Positions 8,639 to 17,182 of a stretch of 26,581 nt of DNA are shown one piece after another. The notes under the pieces are model-generated. The model did not search any database, was not told the origin of the DNA, and was given only the letters and a program-made list of their open reading frames with translations. The first letter of the stretch is position 1. The number at the start of each line of letters is the position of its first letter. Source of the stretch: Bdellovibrionota bacterium (lineage in GTDB: Bacteria; Bdellovibrionota_C; UBA2361; OMII01); assembly GCA_044345405.1 (NCBI GenBank), contig JBIJBE010000046.1, positions 1 through 26,581 on the forward strand, read 5' to 3'. The position numbers and the translations under genes are program-made.

Positions 8639-9562
8639 ATGACGGATAAGTCACTGTTGGAGAAGGTCGCTGGGACGATCGCCCTAATTTCAGTCGCGGT
8701 AGCGGTCGCCGGTACCAAGGGCTGTCAGGAAGACTACTCGGTTGGGGGGCAAACATCGGTCGCGACCAAGACGCCAACGGATACCGCTACGGTGGTAACC
8801 ACAGCCACGAACTCTCCAGACGGTAGTGTCACCGCCGTGGCCGGGACAGCAACGGTGGAGGCAACTCCTACGGATGATGTGTCGGCTGGGGACATTGACT
8901 CAACTGGCGCGGAAGATATCGGTCTTCTCGAGGAGCTCTCGGTGTTAGGCGATAAGGGCGATGACACCGCTCCTGACGCCTCCGTGGGTAGCCGCAGTGC
9001 CCAAAAGGCCGCCGGAAACTGGCTTGGTAAGGGCTTTGACGGTTCGCAAGGTGCGAATGGCGAGTGGGAAGATGGTGACGGTGATGGATTCTCGAATTCG
9101 CGCGAAGAGACATCCGGCTCCGATGCCAATGACGCGAACTCAGTCCCGAGTGACGCCGAGCGGGGCCAGCTAGAGTCTCGTATCCGACAAATCGATCAAG
9201 ACATGGATGGTTTGCTGAATGATGATGAGACCAAGCGGGGCACAAATCCAAACCTCTCCGACTCGGATGGTGATGGGCGTCCGGATGGCGCGGAGGTGTT
9301 GTCCTCCTCCGATCCGCTCGATGCCACAGCGATCTACGTTGATGTAGACAGCGATGGATTGAGCGACTCGTTTGAGCAGGGGCGAGGGATGAATCCCAAT
9401 AGCAATGATACAGATAGCGATGGATTACGTGACGACCTTGAACTCGTGGTGGGTAGTAATCCCTCGAAGGTGGATTCAGATGGGGATGGAATTTCGGATG
9501 GTAGAGAATACGATCTGAATAGCGATCCGCTGCTCGGTCAGCCGGATCGCGCAGCGAACTGA
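8639..9562 (+). CDS. exported/lipoprotein with thrombospondin type-3-like Ca-binding repeats
   Basis: Signal-like N-terminus ending ..AGTKGC (atypical lipobox), a Thr-rich linker, then six DxDxDG...E....xxP/A repeats. GGAG precedes ATG 8639. Confidence 0.8.
   Translation: MTDKSLLEKVAGTIALISVAVAVAGTKGCQEDYSVGGQTSVATKTPTDTATVVTTATNSPDGSVTAVAGTATVEATPTDDVSAGDIDSTGAEDIGLLEELSVLGDKGDDTAPDASVGSRSAQKAAGNWLGKGFDGSQGANGEWEDGDGDGFSNSREETSGSDANDANSVPSDAERGQLESRIRQIDQDMDGLLNDDETKRGTNPNLSDSDGDGRPDGAEVLSSSDPLDATAIYVDVDSDGLSDSFEQGRGMNPNSNDTDSDGLRDDLELVVGSNPSKVDSDGDGISDGREYDLNSDPLLGQPDRAAN
9071..9537 (+). repeat. six protein-level DxDxDG (bacterial TSP3-like) repeats of about 22 aa
   Basis: DGDGDGFSNSRE, DQDMDGLLNDDE, DSDGDGRPDGAE, DVDSDGLSDSFE, DTDSDGLRDDLE, DSDGDGISDGRE. 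Confidence 0.85.
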
Positions 9563-9847
9563 AACTAAGCGAACAAACCATCTTGGCCTGCTCTCCTTTG
9601 GGCCGCGGGTAGGGGATTACAATCTCACATCGAGAGTGGGCGTAGTATCCTTGTTCCTGGCCCGCAACGACTGATGCTCCTTTTCATATGCATCGTGGAG
9701 CTTTTCGCCCCTTTCTCTGGCTACACTAAGCCCCCAGAGCGAGCTTTTAACCAGTGATCTCGCGAACATGGACCCACCCGTGAGGGTGTGACACTTTCGT
9801 TATACATTTGTTCTCTCTGGGTGAACTTTTCTTCCCGAGGTCTCCCC

Positions 9848-9890
9848 ATAACCTCCTTTGTAATTTGTTTATCTCTTTTACGGAGGTTGT
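9848..9890 (+). promoter_or_regulatory. hairpin sequestering the Shine-Dalgarno sequence of the 9893 gene
   Basis: ATAACCTCC (9848-9856) pairs with GGAGGTTGT (9882-9890), and GTAA (9860-9863) pairs with TTAC (9878-9881). The loop is U-rich. Confidence 0.5.
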
Positions 9891-9892
9891 TT

Positions 9893-10426
9893 ATGAATCG
9901 TTGTATGTCATTCGGAATTATTCTTGCGGTTAGTTTGATGGGTGTGTGCTCAGCGCATAGCCAAAGCCAAATACCTCAACCGAAAAAGGAGTCGGTGCGT
10001 GCGCTTCTGTCGAAGGTTTCGAGCATCGGAACCGCCCGGTATAACTCTAGCGCAAAGGCTGCGTCCGCGAAGGGCGTTCGTATGTCGACGTTGGTGACCG
10101 GAGAGAGATGGACGCAGGCGAGTGGGGGCAGTTTCTCGGCGACAGAGAAGATTTCGCAGCTCAACTTCGTTCTTCCGTCTCGCATGTCGAATGTCGATAT
10201 AACTACGACCATCTGTCTTGATCGTTTAGAGGCTCTGAGATCGAGTAGCTCGACGAAGGGTAGGCTTGAGCTAAACTTTACTGGGTTTCGGGAGGGGACC
10301 GGAAACTACATCGTGACTGAGGTGCTCGGGTGTGGAGAGGTGGCGCCGGTGAGTACGCAGCCTGTTGTGAAGCCAAAAGCTACTCCAACGCCGAAGCCGA
10401 CAGCGACCCCTACGCCAAAAAAATAA
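9893..10426 (+). CDS. hypothetical secreted protein with Pro/Thr/Lys-rich C-terminal tail
   Basis: GGAGG RBS before ATG 9893, signal peptide ending ..CSAHS, two Cys in the mature part, and tail KPKATPTPKPTATPTPKK. Confidence 0.7.
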   Translation: MNRCMSFGIILAVSLMGVCSAHSQSQIPQPKKESVRALLSKVSSIGTARYNSSAKAASAKGVRMSTLVTGERWTQASGGSFSATEKISQLNFVLPSRMSNVDITTTICLDRLEALRSSSSTKGRLELNFTGFREGTGNYIVTEVLGCGEVAPVSTQPVVKPKATPTPKPTATPTPKK

Positions 10427-10461
10427 GGTGAGCTGGGGCTTGAAGGCTTATTGCCTACGGA

Positions 10462-10503
10462 GGTGGGAGAGAGCGCGAGGGAGACCTCACGTTCTCTCCC
10501 ATC
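10462..10503. terminator. long stem-loop between convergent genes
   Basis: GGTGGGAGAGAGCGcGAGG-GAGA-CCTCaCGTTCTCTCCCATC forms an 18-bp stem (two G-U pairs, one mismatch) with a GNRA loop. No clear U-tract on either strand. Confidence 0.55.
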
Positions 10504-10620
10504 ATCACGCCTGCCGAATGATGCGAGGCTCCCCGTGATATATTGCTCGTTTGAATGAGCAAACTTCGGCAACGCTTACTAGATATCGGTCACAGAGACA
10601 GCGAAACGTGCTCGAGATCG

Positions 10621-12702
10621 TTACGCCGATCTCACGGCTTGCCCCTGAGTCGCCCGAATAACTTGCTCACACACATCCTGGATCTGTCCAGCCATGGTGT
10701 CCCACCTGAATTTTTCTATCTGCTCATAGCCAGCGGCGATGAGCATCTCTCGTGTCCCTGGGCGTTGAATCTCAACCATCGCGTTGGCGAGGCTTCGCGC
10801 GTCGTTAACGTACATCACTGAGCTCCCTCCCACCTCTGGAAGTGAGGTCCATGGTGTGGTGATAACGGGACATCCACACGCCATCGCCTCGAGGATGGGA
10901 AGACCGAAGCCCTCGTATTTCGAAGGATAGACGAGAGCCAAGGCTCCGGTGTAGGCCGCGTTCAGCTCATCGTTAGTGAGGGTCGCGACGACGATATCGC
11001 ATCCTGTTTTAAGCCCGTTGAGCTCCGACTCCGAGAAGCTACCCGTGACGAGTACCTTAAAGCCGTGCTGCGTTGGAATGGTCTTCATCGCCTCAAAGAA
11101 CATCGGCGCGTTCTTGTATCCCGCCCTACTACCGACGAGCATGAAATAGGGGCGATCGAGGTCGAGCCGTTGGCTCAAGGCCATGACCTCGCTCACCGGA
11201 GCTGGTTTGAAGCGTTGGCGATCGACTCCGCAGTGCGTAACAACCGCGCACGATGGATTGATATCTGGGAATACCTCAAGGAGGTCGTTGCGCGTTGAAT
11301 GCGAGATACAACAGAACGCGGACGCTCGCTTCACCGCCAGATGCTTCGCTACCCAATCAGGCTCCATGAGATCGAAGCCTGTCTTCTCAGGGATCATGTC
11401 GTACACCGGCATGACCGAGGGAACGGTCTCAACCGAGGTATAGTACGTTGAAACGAAGAGAGCGGCGTTCTCTTGCTCACAGATGGTTTCGAGGAGTTTC
11501 TGCTCACCTTTGAGGTTAGTCGTGTCAGCACGGGGAACTACTCGATATTGAATGCCAGGATGTCGAGGAGCGTGTCCACTTCGATCCAGCACGACTATTC
11601 GTCGAGCGAACGGCGTAGTCGACCACTCCTTCAGGATTGAGTCCCACATGCGGAATATTCCGGTGCGTCCACGCTCGAAGAAGATACCGTCAATCACGAT
11701 AGATTTTTCAGGATTGCTTCGGCGAACCGACAATTCGCGGTCAGGAACCGAGATAAGCTCGGCCTCCTCAAAGTAGAGTCCACGAGCGGCGAGCAGCTCC
11801 GCCACCGCCACGAGCGCTTGCTCCTCTGGGAAGAGGTAGCGCAAGATGCCGAGCGCGCGCTTGTGAAGCGTGATCGCTCGTACGACACCAAGGAGCGCCT
11901 CCTCTGAGTCAGGGAAGCGTGGATTCTCAAGGTGATTATGACCGTTTAATCCGGAGAGGCGGCCGATATAGTAGTCGCCCCAGAAGTCGACCCGTTCATC
12001 GAAGGAGAGATACGAAAGGAATGGAATGAGCACCTTCCAATGACTCTTCACCTGCTCAACCTCGGTTCCTTCCGATTTGCAATCGGTGCGTTGTGTGGCG
12101 CACGAGAGGGTGCGATCGATGAAGTGAAGACGTGTTTCAACGGCGCATCGCAACCACAACTCAAGGTCGATCGAGAAATGGAGCTCCTCATTGATTGGGC
12201 CAACCCTATCGAGCAGTTTCTTTGTGAAATACATCGATGGTTGATGGGGCATAATCGCGTGCTCCCACCACTTCACCAAAGTTTTCACCGAGGCATTCGC
12301 AACCGATTGCTTCACCCACAAGACCGCGCCGTGAGGGGTCACCATGTCGGTTTTGCCGTAGACAAGCTCCCAGTCAGGATTGCGCGCGAAGGCTTGTCCG
12401 ACCGGAATCATGGCTTTGGGGCTCATGAAGTCGTCGGCGTTAAGCCAACACACGATCTCACCTGTGACCATCTTGATACCTTTGTTGAGGGCGTTCGCCT
12501 CACCGTTATCCTTTTCGGATACCCATCGCACGTGGGGATATTTTTTCAGGATCTCAACCGTGTCGTCCGTGGAGCCTCCGTCCACAACGATGTGCTCGAA
12601 GTTTGGATACTCCTGCGCCATGACGCTCTCGATGCAGCGACGGATGTACCGACCGCAGTTGTAGGCCGGGGTTACGATGGAGATCTTTGGCAGCGTTCTC
12701 AT
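10621..12702 (-). CDS. bifunctional glycosyltransferase, GT2 N-terminal plus GT4 (GT-B) C-terminal
   Basis: GT2 part: ISIVTPAYN, VVDGGSTDDT, WLNADD. GT4 part: CISHSTRNDL, YKN, YPSKYEGFGLPILEAMACGCPVI. Confidence 0.92.
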   Translation of the reverse strand: MRTLPKISIVTPAYNCGRYIRRCIESVMAQEYPNFEHIVVDGGSTDDTVEILKKYPHVRWVSEKDNGEANALNKGIKMVTGEIVCWLNADDFMSPKAMIPVGQAFARNPDWELVYGKTDMVTPHGAVLWVKQSVANASVKTLVKWWEHAIMPHQPSMYFTKKLLDRVGPINEELHFSIDLELWLRCAVETRLHFIDRTLSCATQRTDCKSEGTEVEQVKSHWKVLIPFLSYLSFDERVDFWGDYYIGRLSGLNGHNHLENPRFPDSEEALLGVVRAITLHKRALGILRYLFPEEQALVAVAELLAARGLYFEEAELISVPDRELSVRRSNPEKSIVIDGIFFERGRTGIFRMWDSILKEWSTTPFARRIVVLDRSGHAPRHPGIQYRVVPRADTTNLKGEQKLLETICEQENAALFVSTYYTSVETVPSVMPVYDMIPEKTGFDLMEPDWVAKHLAVKRASAFCCISHSTRNDLLEVFPDINPSCAVVTHCGVDRQRFKPAPVSEVMALSQRLDLDRPYFMLVGSRAGYKNAPMFFEAMKTIPTQHGFKVLVTGSFSESELNGLKTGCDIVVATLTNDELNAAYTGALALVYPSKYEGFGLPILEAMACGCPVITTPWTSLPEVGGSSVMYVNDARSLANAMVEIQRPGTREMLIAAGYEQIEKFRWDTMAGQIQDVCEQVIRATQGQAVRSA

Positions 12703-13174
12703 AAGTGTCCTGTGAGGTGCACGGGTGGTCCGGAGGTAAGATGCTGTTACGGGTCGCTCGGATGCGTTTCATGTCATCGGTGCCGCAGTGGGAGAGGCGC
12801 TCCTAACCACCTGAAAGGTATGCTAAAAAATCCGGTAGCGCGGTCCTCCCATACCTGCTGTTCCGTTTTACTTCCGTGACGCCGGTACTTTATCGAGTCA
12901 AAGCCCTGACGCCCCGCATCACAACTAGTGCCTCCATAAGAAAGTTTTCACCTCTCGGCGAAGTTTGGTCGCAAGAGGCACTAGTTCATTCTGTAGTGTT
13001 TTCGCCGCGATGGGCGGCGAAAACGAACAGCCTCAGTGCGGCTTATTGGTCGGGAATGAGTGAAAATTCTTACGGGGAGCCGCACTGGTTGCGAATAGTG
13101 GGGAAGTGCGCCCGAAGTGTATCGACCGCGCCTAACCCGTTCACGTGATTGTTTTTTAATTTTCGGTTCTCTCT

Positions 13175-14113
13175 ATGACCACGCACGTTCTCGTTACCGG
13201 CGGCGCCGGATATCTCGGTTCAGTTCTTTGCGAACATCTTCTCGACGCTGGCTATAAGGTCACCGCGTTGGACTCGCTCTTGTTCGGACAGAACAGCTTG
13301 TTTCATCTCTGCGGCAACCCAAACTTTGAGTTCATCTTCGGTGATTGTCGAGAGGAGCAGGTGATCAAGAAGGCCCTCAAGGGGGTCGACGTGATCATTC
13401 CACTCGCGGCGGTGGTTGGAGCTCCCGCGTGCGATCGAGATCCGTGGCTCACAAAGGAGCTCAACTACGAATCGATCAAGATGCTCAACCGTTTACGGAG
13501 CAAGGAACAGCGGATCGTCTACCCTACCACGAATAGCGGCTATGGAACGAAGTCGGGCAGTATGTTCTGTACTGAGGATACCCCACTTGAGCCGATCTCA
13601 CTCTACGGTCAAACGAAGTGCGACGCTGAGAAGGAACTTCTCGACTCGCAGAACGCGGTGACCCTTCGTTTGGCTACGGTGTTCGGTCTCTCCCCTCGTA
13701 TGCGACTGGACCTGTTGGTGAATCACTTTACGTACATGGCGGTTACTGAGGGATACCTTGTGATCTTCGAGAAGGACTTCAAGCGAAACTTTGTGCACAT
13801 CCGCGACGTGGCGGATTGCTTTATTCACTGTATTCGCAACTTCGACCAAATGAAGGGGCAGCCGTACAACGTTGGCCTCGACGCCGCGAACATCTCCAAA
13901 GAGGAGCTCGCGCTCGCCATCAAGGAACACGTCCCGAACTTCTTCATTCACTTCTCTGAGGTTGGTTCTGATCCAGATAAGCGTAACTACATCGTATCGA
14001 ATCAACGGCTTCGGGAGGCGGGATTCGAGGCGAAGCGATCGCTTTCCTACGGTATCCAGGAGCTGATCAAAGGATATCGTATGTTGAAACGTAATCCGAT
14101 GAGGAACGTATAG
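13175..14113 (+). CDS. extended SDR, GDP-D-glycero-alpha-D-manno-heptose C4-dehydrogenase-like (Cj1427/WcaG type)
   Basis: TGGAGYLG and YGQTK SDR motifs. IIPLAAVVGAP, YPTTNSGYG, RLATVFGLSPRMRLDLLVN and DPDKRNY closely match C. jejuni Cj1427 as recalled. First gene of the heptose operon. Confidence 0.8.
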   Translation: MTTHVLVTGGAGYLGSVLCEHLLDAGYKVTALDSLLFGQNSLFHLCGNPNFEFIFGDCREEQVIKKALKGVDVIIPLAAVVGAPACDRDPWLTKELNYESIKMLNRLRSKEQRIVYPTTNSGYGTKSGSMFCTEDTPLEPISLYGQTKCDAEKELLDSQNAVTLRLATVFGLSPRMRLDLLVNHFTYMAVTEGYLVIFEKDFKRNFVHIRDVADCFIHCIRNFDQMKGQPYNVGLDAANISKEELALAIKEHVPNFFIHFSEVGSDPDKRNYIVSNQRLREAGFEAKRSLSYGIQELIKGYRMLKRNPMRNV

Positions 14114-14115
14114 AT

Positions 14116-14832
14116 ATGATAGGCGAGGTTACCGCGGTCATTCTCGCAGGCGGACTTGGAACGCGACTCCGCGCGGCGGTATCCGACCGTCCGAAGGTGT
14201 TAGCGGATGTCGCTGGTCAGCCCTTCCTTGAGAGGATATTCGAGCAGCTGAGTGGCTTCGGCATCCGAAAGGTGGTGGTGTGTACCGGCTACATGGCTGA
14301 GCAGATTGAGCACCTCTATCCCGCCTCATACAAGGAAATCTCGATCTCGTACTCCCGCGAGCACGCCCTCCTTGGAACCGCTGGAGCCGTTCGCTTCGCC
14401 CTCGAGCACATTCAGACCGACCGGGCGTTGGTTCTTAATGGCGACTCGTACTGTGACTTCGATTATCCGGCGTTTAAGACGTTTCATGAGGGGAAGGACG
14501 CGGATGCCTCGATCCTTCTGACCTACGTTGACGACTGCTCTCGCTACGGCTCTGTTGTTCTCGACGGGAATGGAAAGGTCGAAAGCTTCATCGAAAAGTC
14601 GGGCGCCGGAGGCGCCGGTTTCATCAACGCTGGTGTCTACATGATGGAGCGAGCGCTCATCAAGGAGATCCCGCCGGGTCGGGTACTCTCGCTAGAGAAG
14701 GATATCTTTCCGAAGTGGATTGGACGTCCGTTCTTTGGTCACGCCAGCAACGCACCGATGTTCATCGACATCGGGACTCCGCAATCGTTTGAACACGCGC
14801 AGAGCCTCTTTGCAGGGAGAACAAACTCATGA
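14116..14832 (+). CDS. hddC: D-glycero-alpha-D-manno-heptose 1-phosphate guanylyltransferase
   Basis: Contains ILAGGLGTRL..DRPK, LGTAGA, VLNGDS, INAGVY and FIDIGTP. Adjacent to gmhA and hddA. Confidence 0.85.
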   Translation: MIGEVTAVILAGGLGTRLRAAVSDRPKVLADVAGQPFLERIFEQLSGFGIRKVVVCTGYMAEQIEHLYPASYKEISISYSREHALLGTAGAVRFALEHIQTDRALVLNGDSYCDFDYPAFKTFHEGKDADASILLTYVDDCSRYGSVVLDGNGKVESFIEKSGAGGAGFINAGVYMMERALIKEIPPGRVLSLEKDIFPKWIGRPFFGHASNAPMFIDIGTPQSFEHAQSLFAGRTNS

Positions 14833-15431
14833 AGGACGCGCTTTCCGTTGTGCAACAACGCTTGAGCGAGAGCAACGCCGTTCGTCAGATGGTGATGGAA
14901 CGGTGCGCTCCTCAGATCGTTGATGCGGCCCGGTTGGTAGCCGCGGCCTTCCGTGATGGGAAAAAGCTTCTCTTGTGCGGAAACGGTGGAAGCGCCGCGG
15001 ATTGTCAGCATATGGCGGCTGAATTCGTGAGCCGCTTGACGAAAGAGGTGCAACGTCGGGCTCTCCCCGCGATCGCGCTTACAACAGACACGAGCTTTCT
15101 TACCGCCTTCGCGAACGATTGTGGATACGAGGGTGTGTTCGAGCGTCAGGTGGAGGCGCTCGGTGAGCGTGGCGATGTTCTTCTTGGTATCAGCACGAGC
15201 GGCTCATCGAAGAACGTTGTGCAGTCTATGAAGCTCGCCAAGCAGAAGGGGTTGAAGTGTGTCGCCCTTATGGGTGAGGGGGGCGTTATGAAGGAACTCG
15301 CCGATGTCGCTATCGCTGTTCCGAGTTCCCAAACTCAGTACATTCAAGAGAGTCACCTGAGCATTGAGCACCTGATCTGCGAGCTCGTGGAGCGGGAGCT
15401 GTTTAGTGAAGCATATGAGAGGAAGGTATGA
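14829..15431 (+). CDS. gmhA: phosphoheptose (sedoheptulose 7-phosphate) isomerase
   Basis: Contains CGNGGSAADCQH.AAE, ANDCGY..VFERQVEA, ISTSGSSKNV and IQESH. ATGA overlap with hddC. Confidence 0.95.
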   Translation: MKDALSVVQQRLSESNAVRQMVMERCAPQIVDAARLVAAAFRDGKKLLLCGNGGSAADCQHMAAEFVSRLTKEVQRRALPAIALTTDTSFLTAFANDCGYEGVFERQVEALGERGDVLLGISTSGSSKNVVQSMKLAKQKGLKCVALMGEGGVMKELADVAIAVPSSQTQYIQESHLSIEHLICELVERELFSEAYERKV

Positions 15432-16492
15432 TCATCTCGCGCACACCGTATCGCATTTCGCTCTTTGGCGGAGGGACTGATTTCCCAGCGTGGTATCTCC
15501 GTCACGGTGGCTCGGTAGTTGCCTCATCTATCGACAAGTACTGCTACCTTACATGTCGTCACCTCCCTCCGTTCCTTGAGCACAAGTACCGTGTCGTGTG
15601 GTCCAGGATTGAGCAGACCAACACGATTGATGAGATTCAACACCCAGCGGTTCGCGCGGTTCTCAAGCACGTCGAAATTGACCGAGGTCTTGAGATTCAC
15701 GCGGTAGGTGACCTTCCAGCTCGAAGTGGTATGGGAACGAGCTCCGCTTTCACGGTGGGGCTCCTGAACGCCTGTTACGGCCTCGCGGGAAGAATGATAT
15801 CGAAGAACGATCTCGCGATGGAGAGTATTCATCTGGAGCAGAACGTTCTCAAGGAAGCTGTTGGATCCCAAGACCAGGTATCCGCGGCGTATGGTGGCCT
15901 CAATCGAATTGATTTCCACACAAACGGCGAGATTACCGTGACGCCTGTGACTATTTCGGGCGATCGTATCCGCGAGCTGAATTCGCACCTGATGTTGTTC
16001 TACACAGGAATCGCTCGTACCTCCGCGGAGGTTCAGTCCAAATTCGTGCAGAACCTCGGCGCCAAGAAGCGACAGCTTCGAATTATGAAGGATCTCGTGG
16101 ACGAGAGCATCGCTATCCTCAACAGCCGCGCCGATATCAACGAGTTCGGTGAGCTGCTTCAAGAGGCGTGGGACGTGAAGCGTGGATTTAGTTCTCTCGT
16201 GTCAAACCCTGATGTGGATGATATACACAGTGAGGCTATGGCCGCCGGAGCTATCGGCGGCAAGATAACAGGAGCGGGTGGGGGAGGTTTCCTTCTTCTC
16301 TTCGTTCCCCCAGAGCGACAGCAGAGGGTCAAAGAGGCGCTTCATCGCTTCCTTCACGTTCCCTTCAAGTTCGATTTCGGCGGAAGTCAGATTATATTCG
16401 CCGATCGGGACGCTGACTACTCCTCTGAGGAGAAAGCGCGAGAGCTGAAGAGCCTCACGCCGTTTCGTGAATTAAACTATGGAAAGATTTAA
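15428..16492 (+). CDS. hddA: D-glycero-alpha-D-manno-heptose 7-phosphate kinase (GHMP family)
   Basis: Contains RTPYRISLFGGGTD, DLPARSGMGTSS, GSQDQ and GGKITGAGGGGF. ATGA overlap with gmhA. Confidence 0.9.
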   Translation: MIISRTPYRISLFGGGTDFPAWYLRHGGSVVASSIDKYCYLTCRHLPPFLEHKYRVVWSRIEQTNTIDEIQHPAVRAVLKHVEIDRGLEIHAVGDLPARSGMGTSSAFTVGLLNACYGLAGRMISKNDLAMESIHLEQNVLKEAVGSQDQVSAAYGGLNRIDFHTNGEITVTPVTISGDRIRELNSHLMLFYTGIARTSAEVQSKFVQNLGAKKRQLRIMKDLVDESIAILNSRADINEFGELLQEAWDVKRGFSSLVSNPDVDDIHSEAMAAGAIGGKITGAGGGGFLLLFVPPERQQRVKEALHRFLHVPFKFDFGGSQIIFADRDADYSSEEKARELKSLTPFRELNYGKI

Positions 16493-17147
16493 AGCGGTTC
16501 TCTTCGACTTTGATGGCGTTATCGGAAAGACGATGGAGGATAGCTGTCGGGCTTGGGCACAGGCGTGCACCGAGTTCGGTCTCACCTTTGATCCAGAGGA
16601 GTTCTACCTCTGTGAGGGGATGAAGTCGACCGAATACGCCGCTCGTTTGGTGAAGCGTCATGGACGGGACGCCGCCGAGGCCGGAAAGCTCGTCGCTCGG
16701 AAGAACGAGATCTACTCGTCCAATAATCAGTTCTCATTTTACGTCGGTATCGAGAGTCTCGTGGAGCGCCTCCGAGATGACGGCATCAAGGTTGGCGTTG
16801 TATCTGGCGGGAGTCGGCAGCGTCTTCTCTCTGGTCGCTCCGGAGAGCTCCTCAAACGGTGCGATACGGTGGTTACAGGGGATGAATTGAAGCAGGGGAA
16901 ACCATCACCTGAGGGGTATATGCGTGCCGCTCATGAGCTTCAGGTGTCCCCAGCCGAATGTCTCGTAATCGAGAACGCGCCTCTTGGCATCGAGTCCGCC
17001 AAGAACGCTGGCATGCGGTGTATCGGAGTGTGCTCGACCCTCTCGTCTAGCCATTTACGGCAGGCCGATGAGGTTGTGACCGATCACGCTGAATTAGTGC
17101 AGCTCTTTGTTGATGGGGGCTCGGGTTGCCTCAAGGCGGCCCAGTAG
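16479..17147 (+). CDS. HAD-superfamily phosphatase, subfamily IA (beta-PGM/CbbY-like cap)
   Basis: Motif I FDFDGVI, motif II VVSG, motifs III/IV GKPSPEGY and VIENAPLGIESAKNAGM. Overlaps the hddA stop. Confidence 0.88.
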   Translation: MERFKAVLFDFDGVIGKTMEDSCRAWAQACTEFGLTFDPEEFYLCEGMKSTEYAARLVKRHGRDAAEAGKLVARKNEIYSSNNQFSFYVGIESLVERLRDDGIKVGVVSGGSRQRLLSGRSGELLKRCDTVVTGDELKQGKPSPEGYMRAAHELQVSPAECLVIENAPLGIESAKNAGMRCIGVCSTLSSSHLRQADEVVTDHAELVQLFVDGGSGCLKAAQ

Positions 17148-17182
17148 GATTTAGAAGGTCTCGGAGAGGAAGAGGAGGGGAT

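Noticed and set aside
8868-9581. 237-aa His/Arg-rich minus-strand ORF
   Set aside because: The His runs arise from the reverse complement of the GAT-GGT-rich Asp/Gly repeat gene.
12831-12842. ops/JUMPstart-like TCCGGTAGCG upstream of the sugar operon
   Set aside because: Two mismatches to GGCGGTAG, no JUMPstart context, and more than 300 nt from the first gene.
12040-12879. 279-aa plus-strand ORF
   Set aside because: Antisense to the GT2 domain, with no recognisable features.
12876-13148. 90-aa ORF in the divergent intergenic region
   Set aside because: GTG start without RBS and no motifs; more likely promoter DNA.
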